64,000 nucleotides of DNA from Naegleria gruberi. Taxonomy: Eukaryota. How positions within the stretch are numbered: the first letter of the stretch is position 1; each line of letters starts with the position of its first letter. The stretch lies in assembly GCA_000004985.1 (NCBI GenBank), contig GG738909.1; one strand, 5' to 3'. Shown one piece after another: positions 21,105 through 34,119 of this stretch. The notes beneath the pieces are model-generated. The model was not told where the DNA came from and made no database searches. It saw only the letters and a list, made by a program, of their open reading frames with translations. A program made the position numbers and the translations under genes.

Positions 21105-24100
21105 ATGGATATGCGTGGATTGTCAGTGTTCATTTCCGACATTAGAAAATGTTAGTATATTGTTTTTTTGTTGGTTTTTTAACTGGCTTTTGGATATGAT
21201 GTTTTTGTTGTTGTTGTTTAAATATTCTTGTCATTATTAATTATAATCGATCCTGATCGTATTGTTGTATTATAATTACTTCCTTTTCAACAATACCAAT
21301 ACGATATTTAACAATGATTTAACTTGTGGATTATACACTCAACAATAATAATACAATAACAAAATAATAACAACAACAAATACTTGCGCGATGATACAAT
21401 AATTGCTCGCTGCTCTATCCAACACCTCTATTGTTGGTCGTCATCGATAATAACAACAACAAAATTTTTATTAATATTACACAATAATTAACAGCAACTA
21501 CAAAGGAAGAAGAACAATCTAAAGTAGAAAAAGAATTAGCCAAGATCAGAGGTAAATTCAAGAATGGTGGAGCTCTTAAAGGATATGATCGTAAGAAGTA
21601 TATCTGTAAATTGCTCTATATTTACATGCTTGGTTATGAAATTGAATTTGGTCACATTGAAGCCGTCAATTTGTTGGCTTCACCAAATTACTCTGAAAAA
21701 CATATGGGTTATCTTGCTTGTTCATTGTTGTTGAACGAAAATCACGAAATGGTTACACTTATTACCCAATGTATGAAGAATGATTTGAATAGCAAAAATC
21801 CAAATGATCAATGTTTGGCACTTACAGCTATTGCCAACATTGGTGGTAAGGAACAAGCTGAAGCTCTTGCTCACGACGTACAAAAATTGCTCATCTCCAA
21901 CGAAACCAAATTGACTGTCAGAAAAAAGGCTGCTCTTACTCTCTTGAATTTGCATAGAAAATACCCAGAAAGTTTGCCTCCAGATTCTTGGTCCGAAAAG
22001 GTTATTGCTCTTATCAATGGTAGAGATCTTGGTGTTATTACCAGTGTTATGAGTTTAATTTTGGGACTTGCCGAAAAGAATCCAGAAGCTTATCAAGATG
22101 CAGTTTCAAAGACTGCTCGTTTATTGATGAAGTTGGTTTTGAACAGAGAATATTCTACATCATATTTGTACTACAAGATTGCTGCCCCATGGTTGCAAGT
22201 TAAAGCTTTCCAATTACTCCAATACTACCCAGTTCCAGAAGATAAGGCCATCTATGACTCTATCATCCAAGCTATTGAAAAAGTTATTCAAATTGCTAAG
22301 AAATCAAAGGAAACTACATCAAAGAGTGTGAGTCAAATTAATGCTGCTCACAGTGTTCTCTTCGAAGCAATGAATCTTGCTATTCACTACGATTCATCAA
22401 AGACAATCTTGGTGACAGCTTGTTCCATGTTAACTAAATATTTGAAGGATAGAGAAACTAACTTGCGTTATCTTGCTCTTGATACTCTCTCACGTATGGC
22501 TTACTCTCAATTCGATGAAGTTTTGGCTACTATCAGAAAGGAACAAGATACCATTTTACTTGCTTTGAAGGATCCTGATATCAGTATTAGAAGAAGAGCT
22601 CTCGATTTGTTGTACAGTATGTGTAACAGAGATAATGCTGGTGAAATTGTTGGTGAATTGCTCAACTATTTGCCACTTTCCGACTATGCTATCAGAGAAG
22701 AATTGGTTTTGAAGATTGCCATTCTTGCTGAAAAGTTCTCTGTTGATCTCACTTGGTATGTCGATGTTGTTCTCAATTTGATTTCCCAAGCTGGTGACTT
22801 TGTTGCTGATGATATTTGGCACAGAGTTATCCAAATCGTCACAAACAAGGGTGAAGAATTACAAAAGTACACTGCTCAAACTGTTTTCAGTGCTGTTTCT
22901 TCTCCAGCTGCTCATGAAACTTGTGTCAAGATTTCTGGTTACATTTTCGGTGAATTTGGTGACTTGATTGCTGATAATCCTCAAACTGATGCTTTTTCTC
23001 AATATGAATTGATCTTGTCCAAGTTCAACTTGTGTTCAACCACTACTAAGTGTCATTTGTTCAACTCTTTGATGAAGTTGTACAATTTGTATCCTGATAA
23101 CCAAGGACTCCGTGATAATATTAAGGATGTTTTCGAAAAGCACACCAATTCTTTCGATGCTGAATTGCAACAAAGATCTGCTGAATATTTGGCTCTCATC
23201 AATACTGGTGATGAAGATCTTATTCAAGCTGTCATGGATAACATGCCAATGTATCCAGAACGTGACTCTCAAGTCATTAAGAGATTGATGGAAAAAGAAG
23301 CTGCCAAGAAGCGTGGTGCTACTGGTACAGGAAGAGAAAACAACGAAGACGAAGAAGAAGAAAATCCAGATTTGGATGTTCAAGTACCTGAAACCAAACA
23401 AGGTGGAAATGATTTGTTGGATATGCTCGATATGGGTGGTTCTTCAAATAACAATAATGCTGGAGGATATAGTATGGATGACATTTTGGGAGGATTTGGT
23501 GGACCAGTTTCTCAACCACAACCAACTAATAATGGAGGAGGTTTGAGCATGGACGATATTTTGGGAGGATTTGGTGGACCAGTTACTCAACCACCTGTTC
23601 AACAACCACCACAAAACAATGTTGGTGATTTCTTTGGAGGAGGTGTTAACATTGCTGCTCAAGCTGCCAACATGGGTAAGCAAAAGAAGGAACAAAGAGA
23701 TACTACCGGATTCAACTTTGATGATGTTGTAGTTGCTAACAGAGATAATGCTCTTGAACAAAACGAACAAGTCCATCAAGACGCTGCTGTTAAGCATCAA
23801 GTTTTGCTCAAGTCTAACGAAGGTGTTGCCATTGAAGACGAACATTTGCAAGTCAAGATTAAGACTGAATATCACGGATGTAAGGGTAGACTTATTCTCC
23901 TCTATGGTAACAAGACTACTAATCCATTGACTCAATTCAAGGTTCACATTCTCGTTCCAAAGGAATTGGAAGCTCAAATTTCCAAGGTTCCACCAATGAT
24001 TTCACCAAAGACTCAAGTCCAACAATACGTTGACTTGGTTGCTAAGGGCCCATTCAGCCAATTGACTGATTTGGATTTGTACTTTGAAGCTAATCGTAGA

Positions 24101-24502
24101 TATTACAGATTCAACATCAAGTTGCCAATCGTTCCACACAAGTTTGTTGAACCATTGGTCATCCAAGGTGCTGAAAACTTCTTTAAACAATGGCACGCAA
24201 TTGGAAAGGAACAAGAAGTCCAAAAGATTTTCCCATGCACTCCTGTATATTCTGATGTAAATGCCTGTGCTAAGGTTTTGTCTGAAGGTTTCCGTTTGGC
24301 CATTTTGACTGGTATTGACAATCCAAGTAATATTGTTGCTGCTGGTTCTTTCTTCTATGATCCTGTTGGTAAGGTTAACGTTTTATTACGTCTTGAATAC
24401 AATGCTCCAAAGCAAGCTTACAGATTAACTGTCAAGGCTCAAGATGCCACTATTGCTCAACAAGTTTTCAATTACATCTTACAAGAACTCACCTCCCAAT
24501 AA
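21105..24502 (+). CDS. AP2A: AP-2 complex alpha-adaptin; join(21105..21150, 21495..24502).
   Basis: - Exon 1 encodes MDMRGLSVFISDIRK, the conserved alpha-adaptin N-terminus.
- Intron: GTTAGT donor at 21151, acceptor AG at 21493-21494 (about 344 nt), phase 1.
- Exon 2 continues STTKEEEQSKVEKELAKIRGKFK...YICKLLYIYMLGYEIEFGHIEAVNLL.
- HEAT/ARM trunk, Gly/Pro/Gln-rich hinge with an internal repeat (MDDILGGFGGPVxQP twice) and a C-terminal appendage. Confidence 0.8.
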
Positions 24503-24622
24503 TTTAAATAAACCTAATTTATTTACTTCGTGTAAAAATGATTAATCTATTATTTGAGCTAGCTCCAATTAGACATTTGCAGCCTATTTATTGGAGAGAT
24601 TCTCAACTTTGTTCATAACATT

Positions 24623-24714
24623 TACTCCAAAGTATTATTTGGAGATAGGTAGGCTTCATAACAGAGCTCAAAATAAATTACTCCAAAGTATTATTTGGAG
24701 ATAGGTAGGCTTCT
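24623..24714. repeat. 36-bp direct repeat (ttactccaaagtattatttggagataggtaggcttc) present twice, 20 bp apart. It spans the stop codon and 3' UTR of cyclase copy 1 and is absent from copy 2.
   Basis: Read directly: 24623-24658 is identical to 24679-24714. The homologous 3' end of the paralog at 53225-53290 carries a single copy. Confidence 0.7.
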
Positions 24715-27700
24715 TGATTGATTGTCAAGGTAATATTATCATTGTTTCTTGTTGGTGTTTTGGGTTCATTCAATGTTTCAAGATTTGCAGAATTTTTCTT
24801 TTGTAAAATGTTTAAACTTGTTCTCAACATGTCAGTGAAGGATGGAACAAGAGCTGGAGTGTGATGTTTCTCATGCAACATGTAAGCAATACATTCACCT
24901 TTTCCTTTCACATTTAAATGTCTTTCTTCAAAAGTGAAACCCAAATCATAAACTCTTTCGTAGGTTGATCTGGAAATTTGAATTCTTCCTGGAATTGAAT
25001 TAGATTCCATTCTTGAAGCTGTATTAATTGTATCTCCCCATAAATCCTATTTAATTAAATATTAAGATGAAGTATTGAAAATGTACATGTTAAAATGTTA
25101 AAATGTTGAAATTAAAAACATACATATGCAAATTTCTTCCTCCCAATAACACCTGCAATAACACTTCCAGTATTAATACCAACACGAATATTAATTTGTT
25201 CAGATGGATGTTTTCCTGATTTTGAATTAAATCTTTGTAAAACATCAAATGTATCAATGGAAAATCTCAAAATTCTTTCAGGATGATCTGATTGTGCATT
25301 CAATCCATGTAATCCACCCACACAAAAATATGAATCTCCAATCGTTTTAATCTTTTCCAAATTATACTTGTCTGTCAAATCATCAAATCCAATTACAATT
25401 TCATTCAACATTTGAACCAATTCAGATGCTTGAATTCCAGTACTCAATTTTGTAAATCCCACCATGTCACTAAAAAAACATGAAACATCATTGAATTTCT
25501 CTGCAATATAAGTTTCTCCTGATTTCAATTTACTTGCTACTGCACTTGGTAAAATATTCAATAATAATTCTTCAGAATGTTTCTTTTCTTCTGTCAATAA
25601 TGAATTATGTTTCTTCTCTGTTGTAATATCCTTAATGAAACAAGTTACAACACTTTGAGAATTGTGAAGAGTGGCAAAAATATTGACACGTGATGGGAAG
25701 CTTGTTTGATTCTTTCTGATACATTCCAATTCAATAGAATCTCCTTTCGAATCACCTCTTGCTGCATTCACCAACATTTCATCAATGAGGTTTTTAATTT
25801 TCGATTGCTCATTCTTTTCAAATAATTGATACAATGATCTTCCAATCGTTTCTGTTTGATTGTATCCAAATATCTTTTGAGCTGCTGGATTGAATATTTC
25901 AATATCAACCTTCTCTCCACTGCACATCACTGCTCCATCTACAGATGCATTCAAAATGCTTCGAACTTTTGAGTCACCTTCCCCTAAATTTGACTTCTTT
26001 TTGAGGAGGGAAGACAATGTATTTGGAATATGGTGATGTACAATGTAATTCTTGATATTTTCATTAGAATCCATTAACTCAATTGATAAATAGTTAAAAA
26101 GAAGACGAAGTTGTTGGACAGAGTTGGCATGTTGATGTAAGGACCAACGAATGGCAAGTGAAATGGAGATAATTGCAATAAATCCAACGAAACTGAATGC
26201 GTAGACAAGTTCTTCATCAGTTATGGCAGCATCTTTTGAAAAAACAGTAGAAAAATCAATCAATTGATCTGAAATGGCTCTGGAAAGATGGAAATGTTTA
26301 ACAAACGTTTCGAACAGCTTCAAGTTATTAATTTTTCCGTTTTCATCCATTAGCTCCATTATTTCATTGGAAATTGTGACGAAATTTGTAATCATATCAT
26401 CAATTCCCATAACGCACGAATGATTACCATCTTCTTTAAACATGTCAGTCAATGTACAATTTTCCTGACCTGCCACGAGTAAATTTACATCATCAAATTT
26501 TCCAAGTATGGTATTTTCTGGATTCTCTCCAATGGATGTTCCATAAATACATAAATTCCAATGGTTTTTCAAGTCACTTGATTTTTCAGTAACATAATGC
26601 TTTGGATTGGATGTAAAATTGTATAAATTAGAAACTCTGAAGAAAGCATCATTGTTGGAGCGAAATCCAGATATAATATACTTCTCAGTGATAAAATTAC
26701 TCAAATATTGAATATCTTCAAAAGTTTGGAATGATTCTTTCATAATAACATAGGATCCGTAACATTGATTCACATTTTGTAAAGTTTCCAATAAGAATAG
26801 CCCACAACAAACTGAAACAATTAGAGAGAGAATAAGAGCCAATACAACTACAACACTCCTTGGATATTTCCAAACACTCTTGACTGGATGAGTTGATGTA
26901 TCATCATTGACTACCTTACTCAATTCATGGAATAATCTTCCTGCATCATTTTTTGAAACATTCTTCTCAATGAGAAGAACTATCTTTGTTATAACAGATA
27001 GATCTAACTTAGAGTAGAATACATAAAGAGATGTATAGAGGAAGTAGACTGTCACAATGATGGAAAAGTAAATGATAAAAGTATTAGTAATTAGTTGAGT
27101 TTCATCCTTTGAACTGGAAACAAAATTCACACAAAAATCAGAATAGGCAGTAACCATTCTCTCGGAATTAAAGTACTGCACATGATTAGAATAAAACTCT
27201 AGAACAACTAACTTACCAATAACATAAAGGGATAACTTGACAGAAAACTCTCTAGGTCTGCTAGTCCAAATTTAGAAATAGTTTCAGAGTGTGTATAGAA
27301 TAAATTTGTAATATCTGCAATAGTGGTATTAGTAGTGGTCGAAATGTTATAAACCTTATCGATTTCTGTTGCTGGCCATGAAGTTGGTAAATTGAAAGTG
27401 TAATAAATTTCATGATATTCAGAGTACATTTCCTGTGTGAATTTTCCGTCATGAACCAATTCTCGCACTGATTTCAAAATGTCCCTGTAAGTATTAATGT
27501 GTTCTAACATTTCTTCATGATAATGTTCCAAAGAAGTATATCCATACTTGGACATGACATTCATCCATTCAACCATTGAGTGATTGTACAAATATGTGAT
27601 TGGTTGAAAAGCTCTCATACTAGACATGATCTGAACAGAGGCGCCAACTGGAGCACAAGCTGTTTCCACTATTTTAACAGTGCCTGAAATATAGGATGAG

Positions 27701-30087
27701 AATGAAACACTCAAAGCCAAACTAACACTCAAAAACAAGATGGAAAATAAGACAAATAGAGAGAAGAGGAAAACTTGGAGAGTGTGTCTGTGTGGAAGGC
27801 TCAGTGAAGTTCTGAATACGTTTTCCTTTCTAAATTCTGGATTATTCTCAATTCCATTGAATTCTGGATTGGTTTCTGCCTCTTTCTGATCGCCATAGAA
27901 TGAACTGCTCTCACTTCTAATGTCGTGTTCCTGGAGATGGATACCAATATTTGGGCCTTCTTGTGTTGGAACTATTCTGTTTTTAAACTTGGACTTTTGA
28001 TTCCTCTTCTTTCTTAATTGAGCATTTCTTTTGGTTTCTTCCTCTTCCAAACTTGATGCTTCAGCATACAGCTCTTGAGCAGCATCCTTATTAAACTTGA
28101 ATTCTTCAATGTATTTGGCAAAATTTCGTAATAAATTCTTGTCATTCTTATAAATTGCCAACATGTTCAAAAACTTGGTTTCACATTCATTGGAAATAAT
28201 TCCCATTCTTACAATGATTGATTCAATCTTATCCCTCAAGACACATTCCTGGAGCATTTCCTTCCAGAACATTCTGTGAAGGGCTTTCAATTCATTTTGT
28301 CTCCTTTCGAGAATGAACATTACTTCACTCATTTCTTCAGTATTTTTGGCATTTGGATTAATTTGATGAACTATAATGTCAACTTCCTTCTGTTTCAAAT
28401 AGATGAGGAATCTATACCATGTATTTGGTCTCTTTTTTATGGCTCTCCTTAAAATTCCTTTGGAAAATGTTGTGGCATTGACATCATTTACGAGACAATT
28501 TGATGCTATAGAACTTGATAAGAGAAGAATATCATTATCGAGTTGTGAGTTGAGTGATGATATACCTCTAACAAGAGAAAGAGACATTTTCAGATTGCTC
28601 AACATATTTGGATTGCTGGAAAGAGTTGGATCTTCTTCATCTGTTGGAATCTTTTCCTTAATGGAGAATTTCAAAAAAAGTTTCAGATAATTCAACTTTT
28701 TGGATTCTAGAAAGTATTGGTAAATATTAATGGAATCCTTCTCGATTGCCTTTTCCAGTAAATCAGGGAAACCATTATTAGATTCATTTCTAATACCTTC
28801 AATTACAATAAATCGAACACTTCTAATCAAAATTCTTGTAATCGCCTCCATTACCATCATTCCAACAAAAAAAGAGATGATAATCATTGCCAAAGTCATT
28901 CCAGCTAGACCAATTCCCAGCACATTATCAACTGACTTGTAAATTGCCGAAAGATTTGGATTATTTACAACGCCACTAATTAGAGAACCAAAACTTGAGA
29001 AGATCCTTGCAGATAACACTCCAACCATAATGGAATTCTCAAATCTCTTAAAATATGGAACGTTTTTCGAAAAACCAATCATTAAACCAATCGAAACTAT
29101 CAAATGCACAATCGATCTGATAAATGCATACTGAGGAGGAATCACATAATGTGAAAGAATTTGGAATTGAGTACAAATCATTGTTCCAATAAGGAAAATT
29201 GGATGATCAGAAGTGAATGGAGAAAAGTGTTGGGGATGACAATTCGTCACAATTAATAGAGAAAAACATGATAATATCATTTGAATGATTATTCCAATAA
29301 TCATGATGGCCATGAAGGCAATATTAATAGTTGAATAACATTCAATGTTCTGGTTTGAATATTGTAAAAAACGGTTGAGAACTGAGACAGAACCAAGATT
29401 ACAATCAAGTGGTGTTGTCAATAGGTAAACAGCTGGAAGAGAAACGAGTAGAAAAAGTTTCGAACCAAGGGCCAAACCTTTCTTTGTCCATTTCAAATAT
29501 TGAGAAGTTGTTTTGTAAGCATACACACTCCAAACCAAGTAAACAATAAATAACAGCTCTACAGCTATAACCACAAACGCTAGAGCCAACGAACCTATAT
29601 AAGGTAACCTTTCGAATGATAAAGTCAAAGGATAGTTCAATACAGAAAAAACCCATGTTCCCCACTCTCCGTATTTCATTTCCATTCCAAGATTTGGCAA
29701 GAATATACCAATCCAAAATACATAAGTATGAAATAGTAAACTAATCAAATAGGAATATAGACCTTCTCTTAATTGTGCCTCTTGCATGAAGAATATAAAA
29801 TCCATAAGTTGATTTCTGAGCTTGATTCCAATCGAAATCTCAGAGCCAGTAATATCTGTTGTTGAATATTTGGAATGTTGGGACGAGAAGGATACATTTG
29901 ATGAGCTAGAGGTATGTTGTCCATGAACTGAGGGAATATTCAGATAACTTGTTGGAGTCGTCTGGTTTCTAGCAACGGTTGACCCACGACGTGAAGTACT
30001 AGCAATAGAGATTGAATCCTCTTCTATGGCAATATTGTTGTTGTTAGTATTATTCAATTGATTTATACTAGCATTGGGATGCAACAT
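24678..30087 (-). CDS. Multi-TM, PAS-domain, class III adenylyl/guanylyl cyclase, copy 1; complement(join(24678..25046, 25124..27175, 27217..30087)), about 1763 aa.
   Basis: - Two clusters of TM helices, a PAS-like segment (ILNASVDGAVMCSGEKVDIEIFNPAAQKIFGYNQTETIGRSLYQLF), then the cyclase domain (FSDMVGFTKL, KIKTIGDSYFCVGGL, DLWGDTINTASRMES).
- Intron 27176-27216 (41 nt, GTAAGT..CAG, phase 0).
- Intron 25047-25123 (77 nt, GTATGT..AG, phase 0) splits FAY|DLWGDT.
- Paralogous to 47986-53257. Confidence 0.8.
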
Positions 30088-30563
30088 GTTTTTTTGTAGT
30101 TGTTTTGTTGTAGACTTTCGTTTGGAATGAATCTAAGAATTATTTTCTAATCCATTGTTTGAAACTTTCTGATTTAAACTTGATAGAGAATTTGGATATA
30201 AATAGAAATATTAAGCAGTGTACCGTTAGAATTTAAAATACAATAATGAGCTAGATGTGTTTTCAGGTAATGCACATATACAGATTATGTAATTCTTGAA
30301 GAAGTATTAAATAACTTCATTTAACTTCATTTAGCTAGAATGCTAGCACCATACAATTATACATCAGATTGATTCATTATGAAAACATGTCTGTGTCCAT
30401 TTAAATACAGTTCCCTGTTTGCATTCCGTGCTTGTAATATAATAATAATTACTATCATCATTAGTGATAATTATCACTACATATTCGAAAAATCAGCTGC
30501 CAAGTATCATCTGTAGTTTTTTTTACGTTATTTTTGGTGGGAAATTTTTAGGGAAAGTTTTCT

Positions 30564-32405
30564 GTGGAGGAGTGTGATAAAATTTTCAAAGCAATAGATA
30601 AACCAAATTTATATCTTCTAACAACGTTTCTTAAAAAACCAATAGATATGCAAAGGAAAAGGGACTTGTGGAAGCAATTTGATAACATGATTCAGAAAAT
30701 GTCAATTCAACAAAAGAAAAAAACATCAATTCATATTTGTGGAATTTCATCATTAGGGAAATGTGCCAATACAATTTCCAATCGGCAATGGATTATTTCT
30801 ACTTGGTGAAGAGAAAATCTAGCTTTATTGGAGAAGTACACTTTGAATAATTTATTAAATTCGTGCAGTACTTTTGGAACGTGGGAGGCTGAGTTTATAT
30901 TTCGAAACATTGAGGCACGTGACAAGTTTCATTATTCCTGCTACATCAAAGCTGGATGCACCACAAAAGAATCTGCTTTAAAGCTGGAAGAATTAATTAT
31001 TAATAGTGGATTTTTCAATGATATAATTGTCCAAACAAGCCTCATTTCTATGTTCTCCAAGTGTGGGTTATTAGAAAGGTCTATTGAACTGTTCAACAGC
31101 ATGGAGAAGAAACCAACAGCAAGATGGAATGCAATGCTTTCCGCATACGCACATCACTCTCTTTACAATGAAGTACTACTGTTATTCAGCGAGATGGAGG
31201 AATCTTCAATTGAGACGGACAAGCAAACTTTTAGCTATGCTATTCTAGCCCTATCGAGTCTTGGAAAATCTCACTATCATGCACTAATCAAGGGATGTAT
31301 TAACAGTTCGAATTTCTCAAGCTTTGAATGTTTTAGAGCTGATGAAAAGAAAGCGAATTCCACTAAGCTCTCGAATATTTATATCACTCATGAATGAATG
31401 CATCAAAAGTGGTATTTTGTATGATGCAAAAGTTTTACATCAAGAAATTGTTGAAAATCTACCTTCTTTTTTGTCTGATCCCTTTCTGGTAGTGTCATTA
31501 ATTAATATGCTTGGTTGTTTCAATCAGTCCCAGGCAGTATTGGATGTTTTTGGTGGGTACAATGGACAAGATGTGGCCGTGTTAAATGTTACATTGTCAG
31601 CTCTTTACAAGGATGGTTTAATTCATAATGCTCTCAATCTATTCTATGAAAATACGAAAAATTACAAGTTTGATGAAAAAACATTTACAATTATTTTAAC
31701 AATGTGCAAAGACATGCAAAACGACGATAGTGTAAAGGGTCAACAATATTTTGAAATGATGAAACAATATGAAGTTGAACCAAATATCTTCCATTATACA
31801 TGTCTTATCAAGTGTTTTCTCTCAGAAAAGCAATTTGAAAGGGCTCTGGATATTCTCTTTGATATTCATTTGAAAGGAATTCTAATTGATGATGCTTGCT
31901 TTAACTCTTCCGGGGGGTCTCTTTAAATCATGATCATTATGAAAATTACAATGGAATTGCATCAAATAATCATCACGATGAAGGAAACTTTTCATTCTTC
32001 TTTTATTGATTTCTGTGCCCAGTACAGTATGAGAGAATTGGCTGGTAGAGTTCACATATAATGAAAGATTTTGGACATAAACCAAATATACAACTCTTCA
32101 ATATGCTAAATATGTACTTGAATGTTGGAAATTTTGAAAAAGCTCTAGAACTGTATAAAGAATTAAGAAATCAAGCCAATATTATCACTTGCAACATTCT
32201 CATATCTGGATTAACTTTGAATGGGCAGGGTAAAGAAGCTATTAGGATATTCAAAGAAATGAATATAGCCCCTAATGGCACCACATTTGCTGCAGTGTTG
32301 AATGCATGTAGTCATTGTGGATTAATTAAGGAAGGATTTCAAATCTATGAAAGTATGCAAACAAATCATGGTATTGAACCAGATGGTCGGACTTTTAATG
32401 TTTGA
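30564..32405 (+). pseudogene. Plant-type PLS-class pentatricopeptide repeat (PPR) gene, degraded: in-frame TGA, at least two frameshifts and a C-terminal truncation.
   Basis: - PLS-style repeats: LISMFSKCGLLERSIELFNSMEKKPTARWNAMLSAYAHHSLYNEVLLLFSEMEESSIETDKQTFSYAILAL and ITCNILISGLTLNGQGKEAIRIFKEMNIAPNGTTFAAVLNACSHCGLIKEGFQIYESMQTNHGIEPDGRTFN.
- In-frame TGA at 30807-30809.
- Frame-3 to frame-1 shift at about 31311-31320, and a further shift between 31926 and 32061.
- The ORF ends at 32405, where the duplicated coiled-coil segment begins, with no E/DYW extension. Confidence 0.6.
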
Positions 32406-32430
32406 CAACCAACCTACATTAAAAGTTATT

Positions 32431-33898
32431 GTAACCTTACAAAAAAACTATTATTGGAGAGATGGTGAACTTTGCTATTGTGGTAATTTCCCGCACTTTC
32501 TATTTTCATTTTTCAACAACAAAAAAAACAAATCAAACAATTATTTAAATAATAATCTAAAACAATTGATAAGAAAGAAAATGTGTACTAATAATAATAA
32601 TAATAATACTCTCACTGGTAAATTAATCATGAGAAAGAACAAGGAAGAAAGTATTGAAAAGGTTTTCCAATTAATTAATTTCGGAGGCTTGAATGAATCT
32701 GTTAGAGAATTTGTTCAAGATTTGTCATCTGCTACTTCTTCTGATGAAGTGTTATTATCCACTTTCAAGATCAAGGCTATTGTTCCATCTTCTGAGAAGA
32801 GAAAAACAATTTATATAATTAATAATGAAAATGATTTTTCTGAAATGATGAAATTAATTCAAGAAATTCCACAAGATAAACCAATTCTTTTCAGAGTAAT
32901 GAAGAAGAAATTGAATCATGAAAAGAAGGAAAGAAAGGAAAAGAAAGAAAGAAAGGTCAAACTTCAATTGACTGAAGAACAATCTCAAAGTCTTTCCGAA
33001 AAGAAGCAACAAGTTGAATTATTGAAAGATGAAATTAAGATGAAGAAGGAACAAATCAAGACTATCAAATTTGAAATGAAATCTTTGAGAAAGTCATTCC
33101 ATCATGTCAATGTTAGCATTGACTCAAATGTTCCATCTACTATTAAGTCATCTCCAAACAAGGAAGAAAGACTTAAACTCAAACTTGAAAAGAAGGAAGA
33201 AAAGAAAGCTTTCAAATTGGAAAAGAAGTTACTCAAAGCTCAATACAAGCTTGAAAAGATTGCATTGAAGAAGCAAAGAAAGCAACAAGGAAATACTTCT
33301 ACTCAACCAGAAACTGTTTCAACTACCACAACTTCTAGTGAACCAACTGTTCCAATTAACGTACCTATTGTTGAACCAGTAATTGTTACTGTACCACCAG
33401 TTCAACAAGTAACAACTGAACCAGTTTCCAACAATGATGAGATTGTCACTCCAACTGTTGATGCAAGGCTCTTGTTGAAACTCCAAAAAAAGGAACAAAA
33501 GCATGCTTTGAAAATGGAAAAGAAACTTGAAAAACAAATAATCAAAGCTCAAAGAAAATTGGAGAAACAAGGTCAAAAGCAAGAGAGAAAGGAAAGAAAA
33601 TTGTTAGAAAAGCAACAAGTTACCACTCCTTCTCAAAATTAATATTAGTTTAGAATAATTTTAACAACTATCATCAGAGAACTATTCATCAATCGTAATT
33701 TCTCCCTCCACATTTGTTGTGTCTGAGAGAATGAATTGTGAAATAGATTTTACTGAGATAGTTTAATTGCACCAGTCAATCATGATATAGCTGGATTTAA
33801 GGATCATGAAACAAATCTAAACAATATCTTGTAAATAACAAAATAAATCAATGTTACACAATTGTATGGCAAGTTTTCTATTTATTGTGGGACTATTG
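32431..33898. repeat. Segmental duplicate B, left arm. The inverted partner is 62227-63690, at about 95-97% nucleotide identity.
   Basis: Partial aligned comparison of the 5' flank, coding sequence and 3' flank. The coiled-coil proteins differ at about 16 of 355 residues, plus a poly-Asn length difference (N6 vs N8). Confidence 0.8.
32581..33642 (+). CDS. Lys/Glu-rich coiled-coil protein, copy 1 (353 aa).
   Basis: ATG at 32581. Poly-Asn tract, a globular N-terminal region and long K/E-rich heptad-like repeats (KLEKKEEKKAFKLEKKLLKAQYKLEK...). A nearly identical inverted copy lies at 62488-63555. Confidence 0.6.
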   Translation: MCTNNNNNNTLTGKLIMRKNKEESIEKVFQLINFGGLNESVREFVQDLSSATSSDEVLLSTFKIKAIVPSSEKRKTIYIINNENDFSEMMKLIQEIPQDKPILFRVMKKKLNHEKKERKEKKERKVKLQLTEEQSQSLSEKKQQVELLKDEIKMKKEQIKTIKFEMKSLRKSFHHVNVSIDSNVPSTIKSSPNKEERLKLKLEKKEEKKAFKLEKKLLKAQYKLEKIALKKQRKQQGNTSTQPETVSTTTTSSEPTVPINVPIVEPVIVTVPPVQQVTTEPVSNNDEIVTPTVDARLLLKLQKKEQKHALKMEKKLEKQIIKAQRKLEKQGQKQERKERKLLEKQQVTTPSQN

Positions 33899-33998
33899 TA
33901 AATATGACAATGTACCAAAGGTTAGTTTAAAAAAAAGAAAACAAAGGTAAAGAAAAAGGAGTGAATACATTTATATTTCACACTTTAAGAAATTGAAT

Positions 33999-34119
33999 GG
34001 CTACGGCCATATCACGATGAATGCACCTCATCCCGTCCGATTTGAGAAGTTAAGCATCGTCGAGCCACATCAGTACTGAGGTTGGAGACAACTTGGGAAC
34101 CTGTGGTGCTGTAGTCTTT
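33999..34119 (+). rRNA. 5S: 5S ribosomal RNA gene (solitary).
   Basis: GGCTACGGCCATATCACGATGAATGCACCTCATCCCGTCCGATTTGAGAAGTTAAGCATCGTCGAGCC...GGGAACCTGTGGTGCTGTAGTC matches the universal eukaryotic 5S pattern (GCCTACGGCCATACC...CCCGTCCGATCTG..GAAGTTAAGC...GGGAA...GGTGCTGTAGGC). About 120 nt. Confidence 0.85.

Noticed and set aside
23036-23977. Minus-strand ORFs of 121 and 177 aa antisense to the AP-2 alpha hinge and appendage.
   Set aside because: The low-complexity, repeat-driven open frames are opposite a strongly supported gene.
30564-32405. Treating the PPR frameshifts as sequencing errors like those in the kinase and Zn2Cys6 genes.
   Set aside because: This locus also carries an in-frame TGA and a hard truncation at the duplication breakpoint. 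Genuine pseudogenisation is the better explanation here.
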